Below are positions 34,279 to 42,702 of a stretch of DNA of 64,000 bases, one piece after another. The notes beneath the pieces are model-generated. The model saw only the letters and a program-made list of their open reading frames with translations, was not told the DNA's origin and made no database searches. How positions within the stretch are numbered: the stretch's first letter is position 1; the number at the start of each line of letters is the position of its first letter. This stretch comes from Thermoplasmatota archaeon (GTDB taxonomy: Archaea; Thermoplasmatota; E2; JACPAO01; JAHFTW01). The DNA is taken from assembly GCA_038046785.1 (NCBI GenBank), contig JBBSVM010000001.1:75665-139664 (forward strand), written 5' to 3'. Position numbers and translations under genes: made by a program.

Positions 34279-36312
34279 CTACGTCCGGGCGTGGACTTTG
34301 CGGTGCAGCGCGTTCTGGACCTGCACCTTACGCTTGGCGGCGCCGGGGGCAAGGGCGTGGTCGAGCACCTCGGCGAGGTCTTCGGCGAGGAGGATCTCGA
34401 TGCGGCTGCGGTAGGAGTGCTCCAAGAGGATGTCGTCCTTGTTGCTGTGCGGTACGACGGCGCGCCGGTAGCCGAGGTCGGCGGCGCCCTCCACCATCTG
34501 TGTGATGCCTTCCACGGCGCGCAGACGGCCGGTGACGGCGAGGCTGCCGAGGATGACGGTGTCCTGGCGCACCGGGAGATCCTCGAGGGCGCTGATGCAG
34601 GCGACCGCCGAGGCGGCGCTCAAGGCCTGAACGTCGGCGCCCGCCTGCTGAAGCAGCGACTGGACATGCAAGTCGATGCCTGCCATGTCCGAGCCGCGCA
34701 ATCGTTTGACGACGGCGCCCACAGTGTCTGCGACGGTGGCGTCTCGTTCCAGGCCTCCGCCGAAGAAGAGAGTGCCTTTCTGGCGGTCGCTGCTGATGGT
34801 GGCGTCGGCTTCGACGGGGACGACGATGCCGGCCGGCTCGCCGGTTTCGCCGGTTCCCATGAAGGCGCAACCGATGGCAGTTCCAACCTTCTCGCCGCCC
34901 ACCGTGAGCGCCTCTTTGGCGGTCGCGACCTCGATGCCGCGGCGCGTGACTTGGTATTCCAGGCTCTGGCTCATGCGCTTGGCACCCAGGACATGGTCCA
35001 CGGTGACGCTGGTCGCATTCTCGTCGCGCGCAATATCGCCAGCGGTGCGCACCAGGCCGCCCAGTTCGCGCAGTCGGAGCGTGAGTTTGCCTGTGTGGCC
35101 GCTGCGGCGCTGCGCTTCGCGAATGACCTCGGCGACGGCGCCGCCATCAAAGTGCGGGATGCGACCGTCGCGGCGCACTTCCTGGGCGACGAAGCGAACC
35201 AGTTTGCGACGGTTGGCGTCGGTGTCCTCCATGACCGCGCGCACGTACACTTCGTAGCCGTAGCCGCGAATGCGGCTGCGCAGCGCAGGGTGAAGGCCCT
35301 GGAAGCGCGAGTCGGTCGGATTGAGAACATCCATGTTGCCCGCGGCGACCAGGATGAAATCGCACGGGATGGGCTCAGTCTTGGCTTGCGCTCCCGAGGA
35401 TTTCTCGGACTGACCGGTGATGCTGTACTTGCGGTCCTGCATCGCGGTGAGGAGTGCCTGCTGCGAGTCGAGGCGCAGGACGTTGATCTCGTCGATGAAC
35501 AGGAGTCCTTTGTTGGCGCGGTGGATGGCGCCCGGCTCGACGCGCAGGTGGGTCGGCGTCTCAAGACCGCCCGACTGGAACGGGTCGTGTCGAACGTCGC
35601 CAAGCAGCGCGCCGGCGTGGGCTCCGGTGCCATCGACATAGGGGGCGGGGGAGACGCCAGCTGGCCGTTCGATGATGAGATTGGGCACCAGCTTTCCCGG
35701 CTTGGCGCCGAACTGGCGCGCCACGAAGAGGAAGAACAGCGTCACCAAGATGCAGAGCACCAACGTGGTGATGCCGCCGGTCCCGCCGATGGAGTAGAGC
35801 GCGTAGAATCCCGCCGAAAGAATGGCGAGAGCCAGCAGAACCTCGATGCCGGTGAAGAGCCGGGTGAGCCGCTTGGCGCGCTGCTGCGCGTGGAGGGAGA
35901 GCGAGCGCCCTTCGCCCGCAGGCAGGGTGCGGACGTGCGGGACGTTCTGGTCCTTGACGTTGGGCAGGATAATGACATCGTCGAGAGGCGTGGCGGGGAG
36001 AATCTGCGCCATCGCCTTGGCAATCATCGACTTTCCGGTGCCGGGGTCGCCCAGCAGGAGTAGGTGGCGGCGCTGGCGGGCCGCCTTCTTGGCGACCTCG
36101 ACCGCCTCCTCTTGGCCGATGACTTCGTCGATGAGCAGCTCGGGCAGCGGCAAATCCGCGGTGCTGGCCAGCCCTTCGGCCTCAATCCAGGCGTGCGGGT
36201 CGCTGAGCTTGAGACCGTGGCCGTTGCTTGCAGGCTCCTTGGCTTTGCCCTTCGTCGACACTTTCGCCTTGGCGGGCGTTGCGGACACCTTGAACAGTTT
36301 GCGTGACATCAC
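34279..36312 (-). CDS. lonB: archaeal membrane-bound Lon protease (LonB)
   Basis: Walker A GDPGTGKS. Two TM helices are inserted in the AAA+ module. C-terminal Ser-Lys protease domain. Confidence 0.9.
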   Translation of the reverse strand: MMSRKLFKVSATPAKAKVSTKGKAKEPASNGHGLKLSDPHAWIEAEGLASTADLPLPELLIDEVIGQEEAVEVAKKAARQRRHLLLLGDPGTGKSMIAKAMAQILPATPLDDVIILPNVKDQNVPHVRTLPAGEGRSLSLHAQQRAKRLTRLFTGIEVLLALAILSAGFYALYSIGGTGGITTLVLCILVTLFFLFVARQFGAKPGKLVPNLIIERPAGVSPAPYVDGTGAHAGALLGDVRHDPFQSGGLETPTHLRVEPGAIHRANKGLLFIDEINVLRLDSQQALLTAMQDRKYSITGQSEKSSGAQAKTEPIPCDFILVAAGNMDVLNPTDSRFQGLHPALRSRIRGYGYEVYVRAVMEDTDANRRKLVRFVAQEVRRDGRIPHFDGGAVAEVIREAQRRSGHTGKLTLRLRELGGLVRTAGDIARDENATSVTVDHVLGAKRMSQSLEYQVTRRGIEVATAKEALTVGGEKVGTAIGCAFMGTGETGEPAGIVVPVEADATISSDRQKGTLFFGGGLERDATVADTVGAVVKRLRGSDMAGIDLHVQSLLQQAGADVQALSAASAVACISALEDLPVRQDTVILGSLAVTGRLRAVEGITQMVEGAADLGYRRAVVPHSNKDDILLEHSYRSRIEILLAEDLAEVLDHALAPGAAKRKVQVQNALHRKVHART

Positions 36313-38426
36313 TTGGCCTCCGCGACCGCGAAGTGGGCAACGCGGCGTTTGACGGTGAGCAGGTAGGTGACCATGCTGATGGCGGCGAGCCCCAGCACGG
36401 AGCCGACGGCGGTGATGGCGGCATTGGGCAGGCCAAGCGCGGTGGCAAGCGGCGGCGGCGGCACGTTGGCGGGCGGGATGGGGAGCTGGCAGGCGGTGCT
36501 GGCGGGTGCTGCCAGGATGGAGCCGACCTGCATGGCGCCGTAGTCATTGACGGCGAAGGTGAGGACATCCTCGCCGATGGCGTTTTTGTGGGCGACGAGG
36601 CCGTCCTGCGTGTCGTCGAAGAGACTGGGTTGGATGGTGTACGCCTCGAGGTTCTGCGGGTCGACGCCGGTGCCGAGCTGCATGACCGAGGCGGCGATGG
36701 CGCCCGGGAAGGTGCACTGGTTGAAGCTCACCACGAGCTTCTGGAAGTCGGTGAGCTGCGGCGACGGCGGGACCGGATTGGTGGGGTCCACAACAGGTGG
36801 CGGCTGGTTGGGGTCGGTCGTCTCCGCGGTCCGGTTGCTCTGCCACTCCATGTAGACAATGGCGACGGTCTTCTCGGTCGGCGTGATGGCGAGAGCGTTC
36901 ACGTTGAGGTCGAAGGTGTCGTGGTTGCCAAGCAGGCGATGCAGCTCCGGCCCCATGTCGGAGCCTGTCGCCTCCCACTGCGTGCCATAGTAGCCGAAGC
37001 TCCCTTGGATGCGCGCCGGCTGCGTCGCGCCCTGCTTGAGCGTGGAGACGATGGCGAAGTAGCCGTCCGGCGTCGCGGCGAGAATCGGGTGGCCGCCGCG
37101 CAGGCCGGTCGTGGAGACGTAGGTGGTGTTGCCGGTGAGCGGATCGAGCGCCCAGATGTCGATGTCGCCGATGCGGGCGCGGCTGCGGTGGCTGTAGCCG
37201 TTGTCCACGACGCAGGCAACGTAGATGCGCCCATCCCAGGCGACCGGGTTGCTGGCATCCATGCAGGGGCCGATGAGTTGTGAACTGTTGAGCCGGGCAT
37301 CGAGCCGTTTCCAGTCGTTCTTGTCGTTCACAGTGCCGATGGTGGCGTCAATCCAGCCCGCGTAGCCGGTCGTGCTGTTGCGGTAGTCCACCGCTTTCTC
37401 GAACCAGACGGCGGCGACACGCTCTTCGGAGCGGTTGACCGGGTTCGCCTCTTGGCCAATCTGCGTCTCGTTGGCGGGCGGCGGCACGGTGCCGTTGGCG
37501 GTCAGCGTGTAGTTGGCAAACGGTGGCGGCGGGATGCGCGGCGGGATGTTGAGCACGTACGCGTTGGCGATGATGTTGGTGGGCGAGCGGCTGCGGACGT
37601 AGTGGCCGGAGGTGTAGCTGCTGCTCGCCGAGTTCTGCTCGCTCGAGTGGCCCGCCTTGTAGAGACCGATGAGTCCCTGGTAGCCCGTCGTTTCGTTGCC
37701 GTTGGGGAGGCTCCAGAGGTAGAGAATGTAGTTGTTGCCGCGCGAGTCGGTGGCGATGCTTGCCGATTCGCCGAGGAACGCGAGGCCGTTCCCGCCGCCG
37801 CCGTAGGATGTCGGCTGGTCGGTCCAGCTGAGTCCCTGGTTGCCGGTCGTGAACGCGGTGTGGGTGAGATCGTTGCGGCTGCGCGGGGTTGGCCCGTTCG
37901 GGGCGGGGTTGCCGTGCAGGGCGACGAACGCCATGCCGCTCGGGTCGTCGGGGTCGATGGCGAGTTGCGGGTTGCCGAAATGGTAGTCGGAATCGTAGAC
38001 TCGGAAGGGGCAGCCGTACACGGTGCGGTCCGGGTCGGACGGGTCCACGAACTGCTGCAAGTAGTCCTGGTTCGTCGTCGGTGGGCAGCTGAACTGCAGT
38101 TGGGCGGGAGCAGCCGCAGCGTTTCGATATCCGGTGTCGAGCGGGATGGGAGTGAGAGCGTGGCTGACCAACATGCGGCCGTGGCGCAGCGTGTTGAGGT
38201 CAACGACTCCGGGAAGTGGCATCAGGTCGAGCGCCGTCGCCGCAGGGGCGAGGGCCGCGGGGGAGAATGGCTGTGCGGAGGAGGAAGCCGTGGCAAGGTT
38301 GGGGGTCGCAGCAGACGGAGCCGAAGCGCCGGGAACTGCAAGACCCGCCAAGTGGGCGGAACTGGGGGCAACCAGGAGAACGAGAGCCACGCTGACGATG
38401 AGGCGGGCCCAGGGTCGGTCCAGCAT
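36309..38426 (-). CDS. secreted, C-terminally membrane-anchored protein of unknown function (one Asp-box-like motif)
   Basis: Signal peptide ...APSSA/HLAG. Contains TGNQGLSWT, a BNR/Asp-box-like motif, and a C-terminal TM helix plus basic tail. The stop overlaps the lon start. Confidence 0.65.
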   Translation of the reverse strand: MLDRPWARLIVSVALVLLVAPSSAHLAGLAVPGASAPSAATPNLATASSSAQPFSPAALAPAATALDLMPLPGVVDLNTLRHGRMLVSHALTPIPLDTGYRNAAAAPAQLQFSCPPTTNQDYLQQFVDPSDPDRTVYGCPFRVYDSDYHFGNPQLAIDPDDPSGMAFVALHGNPAPNGPTPRSRNDLTHTAFTTGNQGLSWTDQPTSYGGGGNGLAFLGESASIATDSRGNNYILYLWSLPNGNETTGYQGLIGLYKAGHSSEQNSASSSYTSGHYVRSRSPTNIIANAYVLNIPPRIPPPPFANYTLTANGTVPPPANETQIGQEANPVNRSEERVAAVWFEKAVDYRNSTTGYAGWIDATIGTVNDKNDWKRLDARLNSSQLIGPCMDASNPVAWDGRIYVACVVDNGYSHRSRARIGDIDIWALDPLTGNTTYVSTTGLRGGHPILAATPDGYFAIVSTLKQGATQPARIQGSFGYYGTQWEATGSDMGPELHRLLGNHDTFDLNVNALAITPTEKTVAIVYMEWQSNRTAETTDPNQPPPVVDPTNPVPPSPQLTDFQKLVVSFNQCTFPGAIAASVMQLGTGVDPQNLEAYTIQPSLFDDTQDGLVAHKNAIGEDVLTFAVNDYGAMQVGSILAAPASTACQLPIPPANVPPPPLATALGLPNAAITAVGSVLGLAAISMVTYLLTVKRRVAHFAVAEAK

Positions 38427-38518
38427 TGCGCGACCACGACCGCGGCGCGGGATAAGCGTTGCCTTCCCCTGACAGAACGGTGACGTCGGTTTGTGAAACC
38501 GTTTCGCTTCGCCACGCG

Positions 38519-39985
38519 CTACTTGTTCAAGGCGTGAATCGCTTTTCCGTGCAGCGCTTCGGCGGCTTCCATGAGGCCCTCGCTGAGCGTCGGGTGGGGG
38601 TGGACGGTGAGCGACAGATCCTCCACGGTGGCGCCCATCTCGAGGGCGAGCGCCGCCTCTGCGATGAGGTCGGAAGCTCCGGGGCCGAGAATGTGCACAC
38701 CGAGCAGGCGGTCGCTCTTCTTGTCACCGATGACCTTGTAGAAGCCGTCCGTCTCCGAGGCGGCCATCGCGCGGCCGAGGGCGGCGACGTTGAAGGTGCC
38801 AACCTTGACGTCGTGGCCCGCCGCCTTCGCCTGCGCTTCCGTCATCCCAGCGGTGGCAATTTCGGGGTCGGTGAAGATGACGCCCGGGATGGTGGCGAAA
38901 TCGGCCGCTGCGCCGGACTTCTTGCCCGCAAGTGTCGCAGCGATGACTTCAGCAGCGACGACGCCTTCCTTGCTCGCTTTGTGCGCAAGCATCGGACCGT
39001 GCGTGATGTCCCCGATGGCGAAGACCGTGGCGACGTTGCTGCGTTTTTGCAGGTCCGTCACCACGAAGCCGCGCTCGTCGAGCTTGACGCCCGCCTTCTC
39101 CAGGCCAAGCCCCTTCGTGTTGGGGCGACGGCCGACGGAGACGAGGACGACGTCGGCGTCGATGGTCTGCTCGGAGCCCTTGACCTCGAAGGTGACTTTG
39201 ACGCCGGAGCCGGAGACCTTGGCCTCCTTGGCGCGAGCGCCGAGGTGAAGGTCCCATTTGCGGCGCTTGAGGATGCGTTCCAGCCCTTTTGCGATCTCGG
39301 CGTCCACGCCGGGGACGAGCTGGTCCATCATCTCGACGACGGTGACCTTGCTGCCCAGGTTGGCGTAGGCGCAGCCGAGTTCGAGGCCGATGACGCCGCC
39401 GCCGATGACGACCAGGTGCTTCGGCACTTCCTGCAGTTCGAGGGCGCCGGTGCTGCTGACGATGCGCTTCTCGTCGAACTTGAAGCCCGGAATCTCGATG
39501 GTGCTCGAGCCTGTGGCGAGGATGACGTTCTTCGCCTGGAGGGTGCGCTTGGCGAGCCCAGCGACGTCGATGACGCCGGCGCCAGCGAGTGTGGCGCGGC
39601 CGTTCACAACCTCGACCTTGTTCGCCTTCAGAAGCCCGGCGACGCCGCCCGTGAGCTTGTCCACGATGCCTTGCTTCCATTTCACGAGCTTCGGCATCTC
39701 GATGATGGGATCGGCGAAGGTCAATCCCTTCTCGGCGCCGTGGATGGCGTGCTTGTAGTCCTTCGCGGCCGAGATGACAGCCTTGGACGGAATGCAACCG
39801 ACGTTGAGGCAGACGCCGCCGAGCTTGCCCTCCTCGATGACCACGGTCTTGAGCCCAAGCTGGCCGGCGCGGATGGCCGCGACGTAGCCGCCGGGACCGG
39901 CGCCGATGATGGCGACGTCGTACATGGATGGGCTGGACGCGCCGGATTTGCCGGATTGCGCACTCTGCGGCGGCATCTGCTCCAT
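38519..39985 (-). CDS. lpdA: dihydrolipoyl dehydrogenase (E3)
   Basis: YDVAIIGAGPGGY FAD motif and redox-active GGVCLNVGCIPSK. The start is ambiguous (ATG 39985, GTG 39994, or ATG 39925 directly before YDV). Confidence 0.9.
   Translation of the reverse strand: MEQMPPQSAQSGKSGASSPSMYDVAIIGAGPGGYVAAIRAGQLGLKTVVIEEGKLGGVCLNVGCIPSKAVISAAKDYKHAIHGAEKGLTFADPIIEMPKLVKWKQGIVDKLTGGVAGLLKANKVEVVNGRATLAGAGVIDVAGLAKRTLQAKNVILATGSSTIEIPGFKFDEKRIVSSTGALELQEVPKHLVVIGGGVIGLELGCAYANLGSKVTVVEMMDQLVPGVDAEIAKGLERILKRRKWDLHLGARAKEAKVSGSGVKVTFEVKGSEQTIDADVVLVSVGRRPNTKGLGLEKAGVKLDERGFVVTDLQKRSNVATVFAIGDITHGPMLAHKASKEGVVAAEVIAATLAGKKSGAAADFATIPGVIFTDPEIATAGMTEAQAKAAGHDVKVGTFNVAALGRAMAASETDGFYKVIGDKKSDRLLGVHILGPGASDLIAEAALALEMGATVEDLSLTVHPHPTLSEGLMEAAEALHGKAIHALNK
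39941..39982. repeat. decayed in-frame copy of the junction repeat inside the E3 N-terminal extension
   Basis: Plus strand GCCGGATTTGCCGGATTGCGCAC-TCTGCGGCGGCATCTGC encodes PPQSAQSGKSGASS on the minus strand, comparable to SSAQSAKSAAQSG in the CDS ending at 13506. Confidence 0.55.
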
Positions 39986-40013
39986 GACGCCCACGACTAC
40001 GCCTCCCCGACGA

Positions 40014-40075
40014 GTCGCAGATTACTCAGATTGCGCAGAACGGAGGTAATCTGAGAAATCTGCGCAATCTGCGAC
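40014..40075. repeat. palindromic CGCAGAT-unit junction repeat at the E2/E3 junction
   Basis: GTCGCAGATTACTCAGATTGCGCAGA-ACGGAGGT-AATCTGAGAAATCTGCGCAATCTGCGAC. It lies inside a 29-codon ORF (40086..39997) that starts immediately after the E2 stop. Confidence 0.85.
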
Positions 40076-40086
40076 CGGTAGGGCAT

Positions 40087-41481
40087 TTACAACGCCTCCA
40101 ACAAGAGGAGTTGCGGGTTCTCCAGGTACTGCTTCAGCGTGTTGGCGAACAGGGCGCCGTTGTAGCCGTCCACGATGCGGTGGTCGAACGAGAACGAGAG
40201 GTTCATGCGCCAGCCGATGACGATGGCTCCATTCTTGACGACGGGCACCTGTTTCATCTCGTGGACGCCCATGATGGCGACCTCGGGGTAGTTCAGGATG
40301 GGCGTCGCGAGCAGGCCGCCCATCTTTCCGAGGCTGGTGATGGTGAAGGTCGAGCCCGAGAGCTCCTCGAGCTTGGCCTTGCCCGCCTTCGTGCGCTCGG
40401 AGAGGTCAGCAATCTCCTTGGCAACGTCAAGCATCGACTTCTTGTCGGCGTCCTTGACGACCGGCACAATGAGGCCGGCATCGGTCGCCGTCGCGATGCC
40501 GAGGTGGATGTAGCGTTTCTTGACAATCTCCGAGGTGGTCTCGTCGAAGGCGACGTTGACGTCGGGGTGCTTCTTCAGTGCCGCGACGGCGGCTTTCGCG
40601 ATGAAGGGCAGGAACGTCAGCTTGACGCCCTTCTCCTCCGCGAGTCCCTTGGCAGAGTCCCGCAGGGCGACGAGTTGGTCGCAGTCCACTTCGGCGACGT
40701 AGGTGAAGTGGGTCGCAGTGAACTTGCTGCGCTCCATCGCTTTGCTGATGGTGCGGCGCAGGCCACGCAGCGGGACGCGCTCCTCGCGGTTCGCGTCGCT
40801 GCTGTACTTGACGTCCGTGTAGCTGAAACGCGCTCCGCCAACACCTGACGGGGCGGCGGATTCTGCGGCGGGCGCGGAGCCCACGGCGCCGCTGCCGAAC
40901 TTCACCAAATCGTCTGCGGTGACGCGGCCGTTCTGTCCGGTGCCGAGAATCTGGTTGATGTCGAGGCCCAGTTCGCGCGCCTTCTTGCGAATGGCGGGCG
41001 CGGCGGTCGCTTTGTAGCCGGCGGGAACGCTGGAGCGGGCTGCGGCGGGCGTGGAAGCGGTGGCGCCTTTGCGCTCGATGATCTTGGTCGCAGCAGCAAT
41101 CTCCTTGGGCAGCTCGAAGAGTGTCTTCTCTTCCTTGGCTTCGGCTTTCGCCTCAGCCTTCGCGGGCTTGGCCTCGCTCTTGGGCGTGGGCGCCGTCGGG
41201 GCGGGCGCCGCGGCCGGAGCCGCAGGGGCAGAACTGGCCTCGCCCGCTTCAAGGATCTCCACGATGACCTGGCCCACTTTCGCCATCTGGCCTTCGGCGA
41301 CGTGCTGCTTGGCGATGGTGCCCTTGCGCGGGCTGGTGAGCTCGACGGTCGCCTTGTCGGTCATGACCTCGACGAACGGCTCGTCCTCCTTGACGGCGTC
41401 GCCCTCTTTCTTGATCCAGCGGACGATTTCGCCCTCCTGGATGCCTTCGCCGATGTCGGGCAGTTTGAACTTGAAGGTCAT
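40087..41481 (-). CDS. dihydrolipoamide acyltransferase (E2) of a 2-oxoacid dehydrogenase complex
   Basis: Lipoyl domain (EVMTDKATVEL), Ala/Pro linker, a peripheral subunit-binding domain, and a catalytic domain with DHRIVDG. Trimmed to ATG 41481. Confidence 0.9.
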   Translation of the reverse strand: MTFKFKLPDIGEGIQEGEIVRWIKKEGDAVKEDEPFVEVMTDKATVELTSPRKGTIAKQHVAEGQMAKVGQVIVEILEAGEASSAPAAPAAAPAPTAPTPKSEAKPAKAEAKAEAKEEKTLFELPKEIAAATKIIERKGATASTPAAARSSVPAGYKATAAPAIRKKARELGLDINQILGTGQNGRVTADDLVKFGSGAVGSAPAAESAAPSGVGGARFSYTDVKYSSDANREERVPLRGLRRTISKAMERSKFTATHFTYVAEVDCDQLVALRDSAKGLAEEKGVKLTFLPFIAKAAVAALKKHPDVNVAFDETTSEIVKKRYIHLGIATATDAGLIVPVVKDADKKSMLDVAKEIADLSERTKAGKAKLEELSGSTFTITSLGKMGGLLATPILNYPEVAIMGVHEMKQVPVVKNGAIVIGWRMNLSFSFDHRIVDGYNGALFANTLKQYLENPQLLLLEAL

Positions 41482-41492
41482 CGCGGTGGCTC

Positions 41493-42467
41493 CTAGAAGT
41501 TGATGGTCTCCTCGATGGCCGCCAGCACTTTGTTGGCGTTGGGCATGTAGAGGTTCTCCAGCGTGTAGGGAAACGGCGTGTCGTAGCCGGTGACGCGCTT
41601 CACGGGTGCGAGCAAGTGTTCGATGGCGTGCTCGGCGATGGTGGCGCTGACCTCGCTCGCGAAGCCGCCGGTGAGGGGGGCCTCGTTGACGATGACGGCG
41701 CGGCCGGTCTTGCGCACCGAGTCGAGAACGGTGGCGCGGTCCCACGGGTTGATGGTGCGCAAATCGATGACTTCGCAGGAGATGTTCGCCTTCTCGGCGG
41801 CCTCGGCGGCGGCGGTGCAGAGCGGCAGCATGGCGCCGTACGACACCAGGGTGACATCGTCGCCTTCGCGAACGACCGCAGCCTTGCCAATCGGCGTCGT
41901 GTAGTACTCCTCGGGGACGTCCGCCTTGACGGCGCGGTAAATCTTCTTGGGCTCCATGAAGATGACTGGGTCGTTGCTGGCGATGCTGGCGTGCAGGAGG
42001 CCCTTGGCATCCACCGGGTTGGAGGGGATGACGACGGTCAAGCCAGGTGTGTGCGCGAAGTACGCCTCGCCAGATTGGCTGTGGTAGTGGCCGCCGCGGA
42101 TGCCGCCGCCGTACGGCGTGCGGATGACCATCGGGACGGAGTATTGGCCGCCCGAGCGGTAGCGAATCTTCGCCGCTTCCGACACGATTTGGTCGAAGGC
42201 GGGGAAGATGAAATCCTGGAACTGGATTTCGGGGACGGGGCGCAGGCCGTAGAGCGCCATGCCGATGGCTCCGCCAACGATGAGAGACTCGTTGAGCGGG
42301 GTGTCGAGGACGCGCGCGTCACCGTACTTGGCCCACAGGCCGTCGGTGGCGCGGAAGACGCCACCGTTCTTTCCGACGTCCTCACCGAGGATGACGACGT
42401 TGGCGTCGCGCCCCATGGCTTGGTCGAGGGTGTGCGTGACGGCTTGGATGAGTGTCATGACGGTCAT
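41493..42467 (-). CDS. 2-oxoacid dehydrogenase E1 component beta subunit
   Basis: Transketolase-like pyrimidine-binding and C-terminal domains; 324 aa. Confidence 0.9.
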   Translation of the reverse strand: MTVMTLIQAVTHTLDQAMGRDANVVILGEDVGKNGGVFRATDGLWAKYGDARVLDTPLNESLIVGGAIGMALYGLRPVPEIQFQDFIFPAFDQIVSEAAKIRYRSGGQYSVPMVIRTPYGGGIRGGHYHSQSGEAYFAHTPGLTVVIPSNPVDAKGLLHASIASNDPVIFMEPKKIYRAVKADVPEEYYTTPIGKAAVVREGDDVTLVSYGAMLPLCTAAAEAAEKANISCEVIDLRTINPWDRATVLDSVRKTGRAVIVNEAPLTGGFASEVSATIAEHAIEHLLAPVKRVTGYDTPFPYTLENLYMPNANKVLAAIEETINF

Positions 42468-42468
42468 G

Positions 42469-42702
42469 TTAGGCGACCTCCTTGCGAGAGTGGGGTTCCC
42501 CTTTTACTGCAGTGCGCCGCCTTGCGGCGATGAAGTAGAATGTCGCGCTCACAAAGCAGACGATACCGCCCAACATCGGCGCGCTCGACCCAGTGCCAAG
42601 CGCGTGGCCCAGATAGGTTACCATGAAGGCTACCCCGACGAGGGACAAAGCTCCGCCAGCAGCCATGAAGGGACTCAATTCCGGCATGGTCTGAGCGGAC
42701 AT
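42469..42702 (-). CDS. small two-TM membrane protein embedded in the OADH operon
   Basis: 77-aa ORF. Its ATG shares 1 nt with the E1alpha stop (TGATG), and its own stop lies 1 nt before the E1beta start. Two hydrophobic helices. Confidence 0.55.
   Translation of the reverse strand: MSAQTMPELSPFMAAGGALSLVGVAFMVTYLGHALGTGSSAPMLGGIVCFVSATFYFIAARRRTAVKGEPHSRKEVA

Noticed and set aside
34231-36063. 610-aa plus-strand ORF opposite lonB. Similar long antisense ORFs occur at 1230-3296, 25965-27374, 29100-30248, 38459-40054, 46254-47663 and 53656-55212.
   Set aside because: In each case the opposite strand encodes a protein with strong, full-length family motifs. The antisense products have no motifs and show a biased composition.
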